A DNA stretch of 64,000 bases from Kiritimatiellia bacterium (GTDB lineage: Bacteria; Verrucomicrobiota; Kiritimatiellia; RFP12; UBA1067). This document shows, piece by piece, positions 28,367 to 38,496 of this stretch; within the stretch, counting starts at the first letter, position 1; each line of letters starts with the position of its first letter. Under the pieces are notes generated by a model, which saw only the letters and a list, made by a program, of their open reading frames with translations, searched no databases and was not told the origin of the DNA. A program made the translations under genes and the position numbers. The stretch is from the NCBI GenBank assembly GCA_017427485.1, contig JAFRSR010000121.1:5656-69655 (forward strand). Reading direction: 5' to 3'.

Positions 28367-29221
28367 TTACTCAATTGATAATGCCGGGGTCTTCTTGACG
28401 AAATCTTCGCCAGCTGCGTGGCCGATGTCGTAGATGCGCTGCATGCGCGCGGGGTCGTGGCAGACGCGCGAGATGTCGAGCGGCTCCTGGGGCGCGATGA
28501 GCGCGGCGGCGCCGGCGGCCACGCGCGCGTCGATGTACTCGAGTGTCTCGTTGTACCAGACGTGGCGCGTGGTGAGCGCCTTGTAGATCGCGGGGTGGCG
28601 TCGCAGAAGGGGCTTCAGGAGGCACATGCGCTTCTTGGGGAACTTGCGGTAGCCGTGCGGACGCGTGGTGATCACGAGGTTCCAGTCGTAGCCCAGGCTC
28701 TCGAAGTAGCGGAGCGGGATGCCGTCCGAGAGCCCGCCGTCGAGCAGTTCGCGTCCGTCAATAGCGACGGGACGCGAGACGATCGGCATGGAGGCCGAGG
28801 CTTGGATCCACTTGAATGCGGTCTCGTCGGCCGCGTCGAGCCGTTTGTAGACGGGCTGGCCCGTGGCGCAGTCCGTGGTGACGACGTGGAACTCCATCAG
28901 ATTCGCGGCGAAGGCCGCCGCGTCGAACACGTCCAGCTCGAGCGGCAGCTTGCGGTAGCAGAAATCCGCCCCGAAGAGGTCGCCCGTCGTGAGGAGCGAC
29001 TTCCACGAGCAGTAGCGCGGATCGCGCGCGAAGCGTTTGTTGTAGCGGATCACGCGCCCGATCTGCCCGCTCTTGTAGTTGCAGCCGAAGCAGGCGCCGG
29101 CTGAGACGCCGACCACGCCGTCGAACGCGACGCCGCGCTCCATGAGCACGTCGAGCACGCCCGCCGTGAACAGGCCGCGCATCGCGCCGCCTTCCAGGAC
29201 CAGTCCTCTCTTCGCATGCAC
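28367..29221 (-). CDS. Patatin-like phospholipase family protein
   Basis: GLVLEGGAMRG, GVSAG (GxSxG), ASASMP, LDGG. GTG start at 29221. Confidence 0.9.
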   Translation of the reverse strand: MHAKRGLVLEGGAMRGLFTAGVLDVLMERGVAFDGVVGVSAGACFGCNYKSGQIGRVIRYNKRFARDPRYCSWKSLLTTGDLFGADFCYRKLPLELDVFDAAAFAANLMEFHVVTTDCATGQPVYKRLDAADETAFKWIQASASMPIVSRPVAIDGRELLDGGLSDGIPLRYFESLGYDWNLVITTRPHGYRKFPKKRMCLLKPLLRRHPAIYKALTTRHVWYNETLEYIDARVAAGAAALIAPQEPLDISRVCHDPARMQRIYDIGHAAGEDFVKKTPALSIE

Positions 29222-29355
29222 GCCTATAGTGTAGCAAATCCGTCTTGCCGGGACAACGGGCGCCCATTGGCAATTCTGTGTCCGCACTTGCGCGAACGCA
29301 GGGATTTTGCTATTCTGTTGCCACAAACATCGACGGACTAAGGAGGGAACGACAA

Positions 29356-32300
29356 ATGAGAAAAATCGCGTATGTGGCGGCGATGGGTATCGCCGCGTTG
29401 GTGGCAGGCGCGGCGCAGGGCGCGGCGGCGGACAACCCCGTGCTGCGCATCATGCCGCTCGGCGACTCGATCACGCACGGGTCGCAGTCCGTGCGCGGCA
29501 ACGGCTACCGCGCGCCGCTCTACGTGGCGCTCACCAACCTCGGCTACAACGTGAACTACGTGGGTACGGAGACGGACAACTACGGCAAGGAGGATCCCTT
29601 CCTCGCCGACAGCGACCACGAGGGCCACAGCGGCTGGAAGATCGAGAACGCCTCCAACGGCATCTACGACTTCATCCCGGAGTTCTTCTCCCAGATCGAC
29701 GACCCGCACGTGATCCTCCTCCACATCGGCACGAACGACACGGGCGACGGAGAGCCGGCTTTCCGCAGCGAGGCCACCAACCGCCTCGTGCGCCTCCTCG
29801 ACCGCATCCACGAATGCCAGCCCTCCGCCAAGGTGGTGGTGACCACGCTCATGCGGCGCTACACGACGGCCGGCGACTTGACGAACAACTGGAAGTACGC
29901 CGCGATCACGAACGTGTTCAACCCCGCCATCCCCGGCATCGTCGCCGACCAGCAGGCGAAGGGGCAGGCCGCCTACTTCCTCGACATGCACGCCGCCGTG
30001 TCGGACTGGGACCAGATCGCCGACACCGTCCATCCCAACGACGTGGGCTACACGAACATGGCGAACGCCTGGGTGAGCGCCGTCACGACGATCGTCCCCG
30101 ACCCCGCGAACTTCGCGACGGAGAACGACCTCGCCGTGGTGCAGACGACGATGGAGATTGTGGGCGAAGACGCGTTTGCGATCAACTTCACGTTCAACCA
30201 GAAGGTCACGGCCGCGACGGCGACCAACGCGGCGAACTGGACCGTGTCGGGGACGGAAGCCGTGCCGGCCATCACGCTCTCCGCCGACCAGCGCACGGCC
30301 ACGCTCGCGTTCCCGTCCGGCGAATACTACTCGCCCGTCACGGTGACGGCGAAGCAGGGCGGCGTGCGCAACGCGACGGGCGGCAAGACGCTCCACGCCG
30401 ACGCGACGCTGACGATCCCCGGCGTGTTCCCGCAGGGGGCGTACCGCTACGTGCCGCCGGAGGAGTTCAACAGCTACCGCCTCGTCTACGACCTCGACAT
30501 CCCGGCCAAGGGCAACTTCGGGAGGGTTCCCGTGCCCTACACCGTGGACGACGCGGCGAAGATCGGCGCGTTCAGCCGCGTGGCCTACTACCTGGAGCTG
30601 CAGAAGGCGGGTGAACCGATGCAGTACGTGTGGGTGTCGATGGACGCGTTTACGAACGACGCCGCGCGCGTAGGCGTGCCGGTGGGCTGGCAGTTCCAGA
30701 AGGACGTGACGAACCTGCGCGTGTGGAGCAACGTGCCGAACATCCGCACGAACGAGACGATCGCCGTCGGCAACATCGAGTTCTGGCCGGTGAGCTTCGA
30801 GGGGACTGTCACGCGCGGCCTTGAAGGGGCGCTCGCCGTGTACGACATGGACGACAAGCCGACGAGCGGAGAATACGGCTCCATGCAGGTGCACGATACG
30901 GCCCGTACCACGAACAGCTGCATCTTTACCTACAACAGGTTCCAGAAGAACGACGCGACCGAGCTGGGCATCGGGCCGCACTACAACGCGAACAACAAGG
31001 GCTGGGACTGGACGCAGACGTACAACGCGGGACAATATTCCCTCCGCCACTTCCAGGTGTACGTGCTACCGGAAGCGTCCGCCACGGTCGCGCCGGAGAT
31101 CGTCTCGGCCACGCCGACGTTAACGAGCGACAGGACGGTGGTGGACGTGAAGTTCTCGGTGGACGTGCTGCTGGACGGCCTCGACGGGGCGTTCTCCGTC
31201 TCGTCCGGCTACGTGACGTCCGTCGAGCGCGATGGAAACGACTTCTCGCTCGTCCACGTCTACGTGGCGGGCGTGGCGTCGGACAGCTTCAACCTGTCGG
31301 TGGACGGCGCGCGCGTGAAGGCGGCGGCGAACGGCGCCACGCCGATGGCGGCAGGCGCCACCCTGACGCTCGCGCGTCCGCTTCCGACGGGCGTCGCCGA
31401 GCACGTGCCGGCGGAGCTCCGCGCGGGCTACTTGCCGCTCTACTCCCTGAACGTGCCGGTCACGAAGGGCGTGAACTGGCGCAACCGCGTGCCGTACTAC
31501 CTGGACGCGACGCGGAGCCTGCCAGACGGCGCCGAGCGCGTGGCGTACTACTTCGAGCAGGTGAAGAAGGACGGGACGGGGACGAACTTCGTGTGGGTCT
31601 CGTTCGACGCCTGGACGGACGACCTCGCCAAGTTCGGCGTGCCGGCGAACGACAGCATCGGCTTCGGGCAGAAGTGGGTGACGAACCAGGACGTGTTCTC
31701 AAACGTGGACGGCGTCGTGAACGGCACGGGGATGGACGGCGGGTTCCTCGAGTTCTGGCCGCACAACTACGGGGGATCTAACGTCAACCACATCCCTTAT
31801 GCTTCGGACTCCACCTGCGACTGGGGCGACAGCTTGACGGGCGGCGCGACCACGTGGCACGCCTGCATGCAGGTGCACAACGTGACGAACCGGCAGACGA
31901 TCTTCGGCATCAGCAACTTCAACGGCAGCAACACCAGCCAGCCGGTCGGCGCCGGCATCGGCAACAACACGCAGTACCGGGCCAACAGAAGCGCGACCGG
32001 CACGATCAACCCAGACTGGACACAGGCATACGACAACGCCGACAACTTCTCCAGCATGAGTCTCCACGTCCTCGTGCGGCCGAAACCGGACGTGCCCGCG
32101 CATGTGGCCGCGAACGTGCCCCAGGCGAAGGACTACACGCTCCTCTACCAGATCGACGTGCCTACGCCGTTCAACAGCCACAACGCGGCGCAGTACGCGG
32201 CCGCGCACACGGTCGACAACCGCGCGCGCTACGCCGGCCGGCACGTCGCGCGCGTGGGCTACTACCTGGAGCTGACGACGACCAACGCGACTCCCACGAC

Positions 32301-34041
32301 GACCTGGTGCTGGGCGGCGTTCGACGGCTTCACGGACGACCTCGCCTCCTACTCGTTCGCCACGAACGGCAACATCAAGCGGTTCGTCTCGAACCTCGAC
32401 GTCGCCTCCAACGTGAGCGGCGTGAAGCAGGGCCGGTACGCGGACGGCAACATCGAGTTCTTCTTCTCGTCGTACGGCAAGGGCAACAGCCTCAACATCG
32501 GCGCGAACACGGGCCGGTACGACTTCGACGACTTGCCGAGTTCCGCGACGGCCGCCGGCTACAGCTGCCTGCAGATCCACAACTACAACGAGGCGCAGAC
32601 GCTGATCTCCATCAGCCGGCTCCGCCACTCCGACGGCAACACGGACATCGGCATCGGCAACTACTCGACGGCGGCCAACCAGGACTGGACGCAGACGTAC
32701 AAGGCCCCCCAGTACGCCGTGCGCCGCCTCTACGTGTTCGTGGCGTTCGAGACGACGCCGTCCGCGATCTTCCACGCCGTCGCGAGCCTGGACCGGACGA
32801 AGGTGAGCGTGGCGTTCGACGAGACCGTGCCGCCGCAGCTGCGCGACCCCTCGGCGTGGACGTTCACGTCGGGCAACGCGGCCGTGGCCGACGTCGTTGC
32901 GTCCCCGGTCGACCCGCGCGAGGTGGTGCTGACGCTCGCCGCGCCGCTCGCCGCCTCCGCGAGCTACACGCTCCAGTGCGCCTACACGTCCTGCGGCGAG
33001 GCGAAGACGGCGAGCACGTCATTCACGACCGCCGCCGCCGACCCGCTTCCCGCGTTCCTCACGGCGGAGGCCGTGCCGGAAGCGGGCGACTACACGCTCG
33101 TGAACCTGCTGAACATCCCGCACACGACGTTCAGCTACACGTGGACGGACGCGCCGTATGCGGTGGACGAGTCGCGCTTCGGAAACATGGCCTTCGACCG
33201 CGTGGCCTACTTGCTGCACCTCGTCGGCACAGACGGCTTGGAGCAATGGGCGTGGGCGTCGATGGGCGCCTTCACGGACGACCTTTCGAAGATCGGCTTG
33301 CCGACGAAGCGCCGCGTCAACGACTTCCAGGAATACGTGACGAACCTCTCCGTGCGCGCCTACCGGTCGGACGGTACTCTCCACGTGACGCCGGGCGACT
33401 TCCCGGACGGCAACATCGAGTTCTGCTGGCACGACTTCAGTCAGGCAAATTCCAAGGGGATTCCCAATGCCAACCCAGACGGCAACAACGTCTATGACTG
33501 GGGCGACTCGTGGACTTTCACCACCAAGCCGGGCTACGGCTGCCTGCAGGTACACAACTACCAGCAAAGCCAGGTGATTCTCTCCGTATCCCGTACGGGA
33601 GCGTCCGCGGGACCGACGACGTTGCGCTATGCCTCGCTCGGCATCGGCAACCGCAGCGAGCAGGCGGACGCGGAGAAGGACTGGACGACGGCTGCGAACG
33701 GCGCGAGCTTCACGACGAGCGACCTGTACGTGTTTGTGCGCCCGGCAGTGGCGTCGAAGGGCAGCGGCCCGGCGTTCACGATCCAGCCGCAGCCGGCGGT
33801 CGTCGGCATCGGGAAGCCGCACGCGCTCCACGCCTTCGCGCCGGGCGCGGTGCGCTACCAGTGGTTCAAGGGGACGACGCCGATCGCCGGCGCCACGGGC
33901 GCCTGGCTCGACGTGGACACGGGCACGCCGGAGAAGGCCCGGTATTCGGTGGTCGCCTATGCGGACGACGCGAACTACACCGCGTCCGAAACGGTCACGG
34001 TGCGCGTCGGCGATAAGAGCACGTGCGTCTTCGTGCGTTAG
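29356..34041 (+). CDS. Secreted SGNH/GDSL esterase with four repeated ~200-aa domains, Ig-like linkers and a C-terminal Ig domain
   Basis: IMPLGDSIT, HEGHSGW, HIGTND, D..HPN catalytic blocks. Four repeats of RVAYYLEL...WVS.DAFTDD...GNIEF...QVHN...GIGN...DWT. Confidence 0.85.
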   Translation: MRKIAYVAAMGIAALVAGAAQGAAADNPVLRIMPLGDSITHGSQSVRGNGYRAPLYVALTNLGYNVNYVGTETDNYGKEDPFLADSDHEGHSGWKIENASNGIYDFIPEFFSQIDDPHVILLHIGTNDTGDGEPAFRSEATNRLVRLLDRIHECQPSAKVVVTTLMRRYTTAGDLTNNWKYAAITNVFNPAIPGIVADQQAKGQAAYFLDMHAAVSDWDQIADTVHPNDVGYTNMANAWVSAVTTIVPDPANFATENDLAVVQTTMEIVGEDAFAINFTFNQKVTAATATNAANWTVSGTEAVPAITLSADQRTATLAFPSGEYYSPVTVTAKQGGVRNATGGKTLHADATLTIPGVFPQGAYRYVPPEEFNSYRLVYDLDIPAKGNFGRVPVPYTVDDAAKIGAFSRVAYYLELQKAGEPMQYVWVSMDAFTNDAARVGVPVGWQFQKDVTNLRVWSNVPNIRTNETIAVGNIEFWPVSFEGTVTRGLEGALAVYDMDDKPTSGEYGSMQVHDTARTTNSCIFTYNRFQKNDATELGIGPHYNANNKGWDWTQTYNAGQYSLRHFQVYVLPEASATVAPEIVSATPTLTSDRTVVDVKFSVDVLLDGLDGAFSVSSGYVTSVERDGNDFSLVHVYVAGVASDSFNLSVDGARVKAAANGATPMAAGATLTLARPLPTGVAEHVPAELRAGYLPLYSLNVPVTKGVNWRNRVPYYLDATRSLPDGAERVAYYFEQVKKDGTGTNFVWVSFDAWTDDLAKFGVPANDSIGFGQKWVTNQDVFSNVDGVVNGTGMDGGFLEFWPHNYGGSNVNHIPYASDSTCDWGDSLTGGATTWHACMQVHNVTNRQTIFGISNFNGSNTSQPVGAGIGNNTQYRANRSATGTINPDWTQAYDNADNFSSMSLHVLVRPKPDVPAHVAANVPQAKDYTLLYQIDVPTPFNSHNAAQYAAAHTVDNRARYAGRHVARVGYYLELTTTNATPTTTWCWAAFDGFTDDLASYSFATNGNIKRFVSNLDVASNVSGVKQGRYADGNIEFFFSSYGKGNSLNIGANTGRYDFDDLPSSATAAGYSCLQIHNYNEAQTLISISRLRHSDGNTDIGIGNYSTAANQDWTQTYKAPQYAVRRLYVFVAFETTPSAIFHAVASLDRTKVSVAFDETVPPQLRDPSAWTFTSGNAAVADVVASPVDPREVVLTLAAPLAASASYTLQCAYTSCGEAKTASTSFTTAAADPLPAFLTAEAVPEAGDYTLVNLLNIPHTTFSYTWTDAPYAVDESRFGNMAFDRVAYLLHLVGTDGLEQWAWASMGAFTDDLSKIGLPTKRRVNDFQEYVTNLSVRAYRSDGTLHVTPGDFPDGNIEFCWHDFSQANSKGIPNANPDGNNVYDWGDSWTFTTKPGYGCLQVHNYQQSQVILSVSRTGASAGPTTLRYASLGIGNRSEQADAEKDWTTAANGASFTTSDLYVFVRPAVASKGSGPAFTIQPQPAVVGIGKPHALHAFAPGAVRYQWFKGTTPIAGATGAWLDVDTGTPEKARYSVVAYADDANYTASETVTVRVGDKSTCVFVR

Positions 34042-34078
34042 GAACTGTCAAGGAAATAACCGATAAGGGAAAAATGTC

Positions 34079-35266
34079 ATGAAAAAGAGTCTGGCTCTCC
34101 TGCCGATACTGGCGGGGTTCTTCGTGATGGGGTTCAGCGACATCATCGGCACGGTGATGAACCAGGTGAAGGCGGAATGCGCGCTTTCCGACGTCACGGC
34201 GGGATTCCTGCCGTCGATGATCTTCATCTGGTTCTTCCTCATCTCGATCCCCACGGGCGTGCTCTGCGGGAAGATCGGGCGGAAGAACACCGTTCTCGTC
34301 TCGCTCGGCGTCACCGTGTTCGCGATGCTCCTGCCGCTCGCGGCGAACGCGGAACGGTTCTGGATCTACTTCATCGCCTTTGCGTTGCTCGGCATCGGCA
34401 ACACGATCATCCAGGCGGCGCTTCCCGCGCTCATGAGCAACGTGGTCGCGCCCGACCAGCTGACGAGCCGCATCTCGCTCGGACAGTTCGTCAAGGCCGT
34501 CTGCGCGGCGCTCACGCCCGTGTTCGTCTACCTTACGGCCACGGCGCTCGGCAACTGGAAGCTGCTCTTCCCGCTGTATGGCGCGCTCACGGTCGTCGCC
34601 GCGCTCTGGCTGTGGTTCTCGTCCATCCCCGATGAACGGGAAGAGACGCGCTCCGGCGCGTCCGCCACAACCACTTTCGGCAGTTGCCTCGCCATGCTGA
34701 AGCATCCCTACGTGCTCGCGATGACGGTGGGCATCCTCTTCTCGGTTGGAGCGGACGTGGGCTTCGCGGTGGCGATCCCCGAGTACCTCAAGAACGTCTA
34801 CAAGGTCGATCTCAACAAGGCGGGGATGGGACCGACGGTCTACTTCGTGGCGAAGACGCTCGCGGCGATCGGCGGGGCGGCGCTTTTCGCGAAGGTGTCG
34901 GCGGCGAAATGCTTCCCGTGGTGCATGGGGCTCGGCATCCTCGCGACGGCGGGCATCTTCTTCGCGGGCACGCCGTTCGTGTTCCTCGCGTGCGTGTTCG
35001 TGGCGGCGCTCGCCACGGCGAACAGCTTCGGCATGTGCATGGGCCTCGCGCTCGACAAGGTGCCGGAGAAGGCGAACGAGATCACGTCGCTGATGGTGAT
35101 GGCGATCGTGGGCGGCGGCATCGTGACGCCCGTCCTCGGCTTCATGCAGAAATCCGCGGGGGCGATCGGCGTCGTGTGCGTCCTGCTCGCCTGCCTCGCC
35201 TATCTTTTCGCGCTCGGCCTCTTCGCCGGACGTTCATCTGCCAAGAAGCAGGTGGCCCAGAAATGA
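34079..35266 (+). CDS. MFS sugar transporter (fucose/glucose-galactose permease-like)
   Basis: About 12 hydrophobic segments; GFFVMGF.D, KIGRKNTV, LLGIGNT..Q, MAIVGG. Confidence 0.85.
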   Translation: MKKSLALLPILAGFFVMGFSDIIGTVMNQVKAECALSDVTAGFLPSMIFIWFFLISIPTGVLCGKIGRKNTVLVSLGVTVFAMLLPLAANAERFWIYFIAFALLGIGNTIIQAALPALMSNVVAPDQLTSRISLGQFVKAVCAALTPVFVYLTATALGNWKLLFPLYGALTVVAALWLWFSSIPDEREETRSGASATTTFGSCLAMLKHPYVLAMTVGILFSVGADVGFAVAIPEYLKNVYKVDLNKAGMGPTVYFVAKTLAAIGGAALFAKVSAAKCFPWCMGLGILATAGIFFAGTPFVFLACVFVAALATANSFGMCMGLALDKVPEKANEITSLMVMAIVGGGIVTPVLGFMQKSAGAIGVVCVLLACLAYLFALGLFAGRSSAKKQVAQK

Positions 35267-35331
35267 CGACACCGTGCCTGTCACCGCGGCGAGCGCTTCC
35301 GGCGGTCATACGCCGGAACAGGAGGAATGCG

Positions 35332-36405
35332 ATGAGGATGTGCAAATGCGTATGGGCGCTGGTGGCCGTTGCCCTGTCGGGCGCGGCCCTTTCGGCTCAG
35401 CCGGAATGGAAGCCGGTGGGCGAGCTGCAGGTCGCCTCGATGAAGGTGATGGCGCCGCAGATTGCGGAACTGGGCCGCCAGGCCAATTTCACGCTGCTCC
35501 CGATGCTCGTGCGGCAGTGGCTCGCCGCGACGGAGCCCGGTATCGCCTTCGGCGCGCCGATGGAGACCGCGGACTGGGGCATGAAGTTGTTCATGCGGGA
35601 AAATGTGCTCGCGGCCGTGACGGTGTGGCCGGTTGCGAAACCGCCCGCCGCCGACAAGCCCCTCCCCAAGGACACCGTCCTTACAAAGGACGGCAAGTGG
35701 GCGTGCATGTGCGAGGACGTTTCGCTCGCTCAGGAAGTCGCCGAGAAGGACGTTTCGTTCCGAAAGCCCCTGAAGAAGGGACTCGTGAGCCTGACGCTTG
35801 ACGGACGGGTTCTCCTTGACCGCGCGGAGGATATCCTTCGCGAAGCCGTTCAGAATGCCGAGGCGGGCGAGCAGAAGAACGGACACGGGCAGAAGAACGA
35901 ACAGAAGTCTCAGGAGGACGCCGGCATCGCCGCCGTTGGTTCCTTCGCGAAGGATCTGGAATCGTTCGGGGCCGTCGTGGGCGTGTCGAAGAGGGGGCTT
36001 GACCTGCGTTTCCGCGCCGTCCCCCGCGCGGGCAGCGCCCTCGCGGGCGCATCCCGTTCGCTGCCGGAGGATTTCCTGAAGCTCGCGAAGGGGGAAGGTG
36101 TTGAGATAAGGTCGTTTGTGGGTTCGCCGTCGGCCGTGAAGGACGTCGCTGACTGGAAGGAACTCATGTCGGTCCTGCCGGAATGCAAGGAGGCGAAGGA
36201 GCCGCTGTTCGCGTTCACCATGCCGCTCGTCGGGGCGTTTCCGGCCAAGGCTTCCGCGTCCTCAACCACCTCCGCCACGCCCGCTTCGGCGTGGGTGTTC
36301 GCCTGGCGCGACGGCAAGGACTACCGGGTCATTTTCCGCATCCCCTCCGCCGAGCTTGCCAAGGCGATGATGGAAATCGTCCGGTTGCCGGGGGAGGCGA
36401 CGTGA
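35332..36405 (+). CDS. Secreted hypothetical protein
   Basis: AGGAGG RBS and signal peptide. Stop overlaps the next gene's start (GTGA). Confidence 0.65.
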   Translation: MRMCKCVWALVAVALSGAALSAQPEWKPVGELQVASMKVMAPQIAELGRQANFTLLPMLVRQWLAATEPGIAFGAPMETADWGMKLFMRENVLAAVTVWPVAKPPAADKPLPKDTVLTKDGKWACMCEDVSLAQEVAEKDVSFRKPLKKGLVSLTLDGRVLLDRAEDILREAVQNAEAGEQKNGHGQKNEQKSQEDAGIAAVGSFAKDLESFGAVVGVSKRGLDLRFRAVPRAGSALAGASRSLPEDFLKLAKGEGVEIRSFVGSPSAVKDVADWKELMSVLPECKEAKEPLFAFTMPLVGAFPAKASASSTTSATPASAWVFAWRDGKDYRVIFRIPSAELAKAMMEIVRLPGEAT

Positions 36406-38384
36406 GTGCGCTTCGCCCGGCCGCGCTGTTTGGCGCCGTGGCCGTGGTCTGCCTCTGCGCGGGCGCGGAAACGAACGGGGTGAGCGCGGAGCTGTCCCGG
36501 GAAATCGGCCATGTGCTCGAGGAGATGCACATGACGCGGCGCGCGCCGGACGACTTCATCTCCCGCCGGGCGTTCACGAACCTGCTCGACGCATGCGACG
36601 CACGGCACATGGTCTTTCTCGCGGGGGACGTGGCCGAGTTCGCGAAGACGCGGGACAAGCTCGACGACATGTTCAAGGCGGGCGACTTCTCCTTCGCGCG
36701 GCGTGTCCGCGAAAGGTACCGCATGCGACTGAAGGAATGCACGGCATTTGCCACCAACGCGCTTGCGGGCGCGCTGCATCCGGTCGGCAATCCTTCCGCA
36801 TACGTCTTTGACCGTTCGCACGAGCCTTGGCCGCAGGACGACGCGGCGCGCGACGCGATCTGGTCGGCGCGGTTGGCGAGCGAGGCTCTTGTGCGCCCAG
36901 CGAGTTCCCTTGTGCGGTCATACGCCGACGCGCTGGAGACGGAGATGAAACGCGGAGAAGATGCGGCGGACGAGGACTTCATCATGTCCGTCGTCTCCGC
37001 ATACGACGCCCACACGATTTACCTTTCACCGAAGACGCACGGGCTCCTCGAAGCCCAGCTCAAGCTCTCCTTGTGCGGGGTCGGAGCGCAGTGGACGGCG
37101 AAGGACGGCGTCGTCGTCTTCACGCGCCTCATCCCCGGCGGCCCGCTGTCCAAGGACGGCCGCGTCGCCGCGGGCGACCGGCTCGTGGCCGTCTCCTCGA
37201 ACGGCGACGGCGCCTTTACGCGGGTTGCCGGGCTCGGCGACCTTGAACTGGTCGCCCTTTTCAGCGGGAAGGAGGGAACGCGCATCTCGCTGGAAATCGA
37301 GCATGCGGACGGCCGGTGCGAAGTGGTCACGGTCAAGCGTGAGCGGATCGAGGTGGCGGACCTTGCCGCATCGTCCCAGACGGTCGAGACGCCGGCCGGA
37401 CGCCTCGGCTACCTGCGCCTGCCGTCGTTCTACGTGACCGCCCCGTCGAAAGGCGGCGCACCGCGCTCGTCAAGCGAGGATGTCCGCAGGGAACTGCGCA
37501 AACTCAGGGAGGCGGGCGTGAAGGGCGTGCTGTTCGACCTTCGCGGCAACTCCGGCGGGTCGCTGGACGACGCGGTGAAGATCATCGGGATGTTCGTGGG
37601 GGGCGGTCCGGCCGTGCGCATGACGGGGCATGCGGGCGAAGTGGCGCTGGACGTGCTCGGCGGCGGCGTCGAATGCGACACGCCGCTGGTCGTCCTGGTG
37701 AGCCGGGAGAGCGCGAGCGCGGGCGAGCTTGTTCCGGCGACGTTGCAGGACACGGGACGTGCGGTGGTGGTGGGCGACCGCACGGTGGGCAAGGGGACGG
37801 CGCAGTCGGTCGTTCCCCTTGAAGCCCTTGAGGGTGCGGCGCTTTTCGTGACCGAAGGACGCTTCTACCGCATCACGGGCGGATCCACGCAGCTGAGGGG
37901 CGTTGAGCCGGACATCGCGCTTCCGTGCTTTGCGTCCTACTGGAAGGGCGAGGAGGGGTTTGCGCATCCGGTGGAGTGGAACGAAATTGCGCCCGTGCCG
38001 TTCCAGAAGAGCTGGGACATGGACCGGTTCGTGCCGGAGCTGCGCACGGCGTCCCTGACGCGGCGTGCCGCCGGAAACGCGGCGTGGAAGCGCCACAAGC
38101 GGCTGGTCGCCTGGGCGAGGGAATGCAACGAACGCACGTCCGTGCCGCTCTCACATGACGCGCGCAAGGCGATGCGCGCGCGCGACGATGCGGTCGATGC
38201 GGAGTTTGAACGGCTGGAGCGCGAGGGTTTCGACCCCGCGCACCGCGTGGCCGACGCCGCGCTGGACGAGGCCTTGAACATTCTTGCCGACCTCGTGCGT
38301 CTCAACGCGGGACGCGCCCTGCCGAAAACGCAAGCGGCCGCGTTGGACGGATCGGGTCTCTTTGAAGGCCTGAACGACGACTGA
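36402..38384 (+). CDS. prc: Carboxy-terminal processing protease (S41, Prc/Tsp type)
   Basis: YDAHT.YLSP, PDZ-like segment, GYLRLPSFY, DLRGNSGGSL, SASAGE, GDRTVGKGTAQ, FYRITGGSTQLRGVEPDI. Confidence 0.85.
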   Translation: MSALRPAALFGAVAVVCLCAGAETNGVSAELSREIGHVLEEMHMTRRAPDDFISRRAFTNLLDACDARHMVFLAGDVAEFAKTRDKLDDMFKAGDFSFARRVRERYRMRLKECTAFATNALAGALHPVGNPSAYVFDRSHEPWPQDDAARDAIWSARLASEALVRPASSLVRSYADALETEMKRGEDAADEDFIMSVVSAYDAHTIYLSPKTHGLLEAQLKLSLCGVGAQWTAKDGVVVFTRLIPGGPLSKDGRVAAGDRLVAVSSNGDGAFTRVAGLGDLELVALFSGKEGTRISLEIEHADGRCEVVTVKRERIEVADLAASSQTVETPAGRLGYLRLPSFYVTAPSKGGAPRSSSEDVRRELRKLREAGVKGVLFDLRGNSGGSLDDAVKIIGMFVGGGPAVRMTGHAGEVALDVLGGGVECDTPLVVLVSRESASAGELVPATLQDTGRAVVVGDRTVGKGTAQSVVPLEALEGAALFVTEGRFYRITGGSTQLRGVEPDIALPCFASYWKGEEGFAHPVEWNEIAPVPFQKSWDMDRFVPELRTASLTRRAAGNAAWKRHKRLVAWARECNERTSVPLSHDARKAMRARDDAVDAEFERLEREGFDPAHRVADAALDEALNILADLVRLNAGRALPKTQAAALDGSGLFEGLNDD

Positions 38385-38496
38385 CTGCATCCGAACTTTT
38401 GCGATTTGAATGCCACCGAAAGTCAGGGAAATGATATAATGAAGCGCAACAGGAAAGGAAGCAGACAAGCATCTGGAATCGTCTCGCTAGTTTAAC

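Noticed and set aside
31900-32700. AAC-rich stretch as the DGR template repeat
   Set aside because: These are Asn codons of the SGNH protein and share no framework with VR 2401-2580.
34684-35331. 573-aa ORF as one protein; likewise the 47726 and 57797 starts
   Set aside because: The N-terminal extensions overlap upstream genes. RBS and signal or motif evidence gives starts at 35332, 48236 and 57914.
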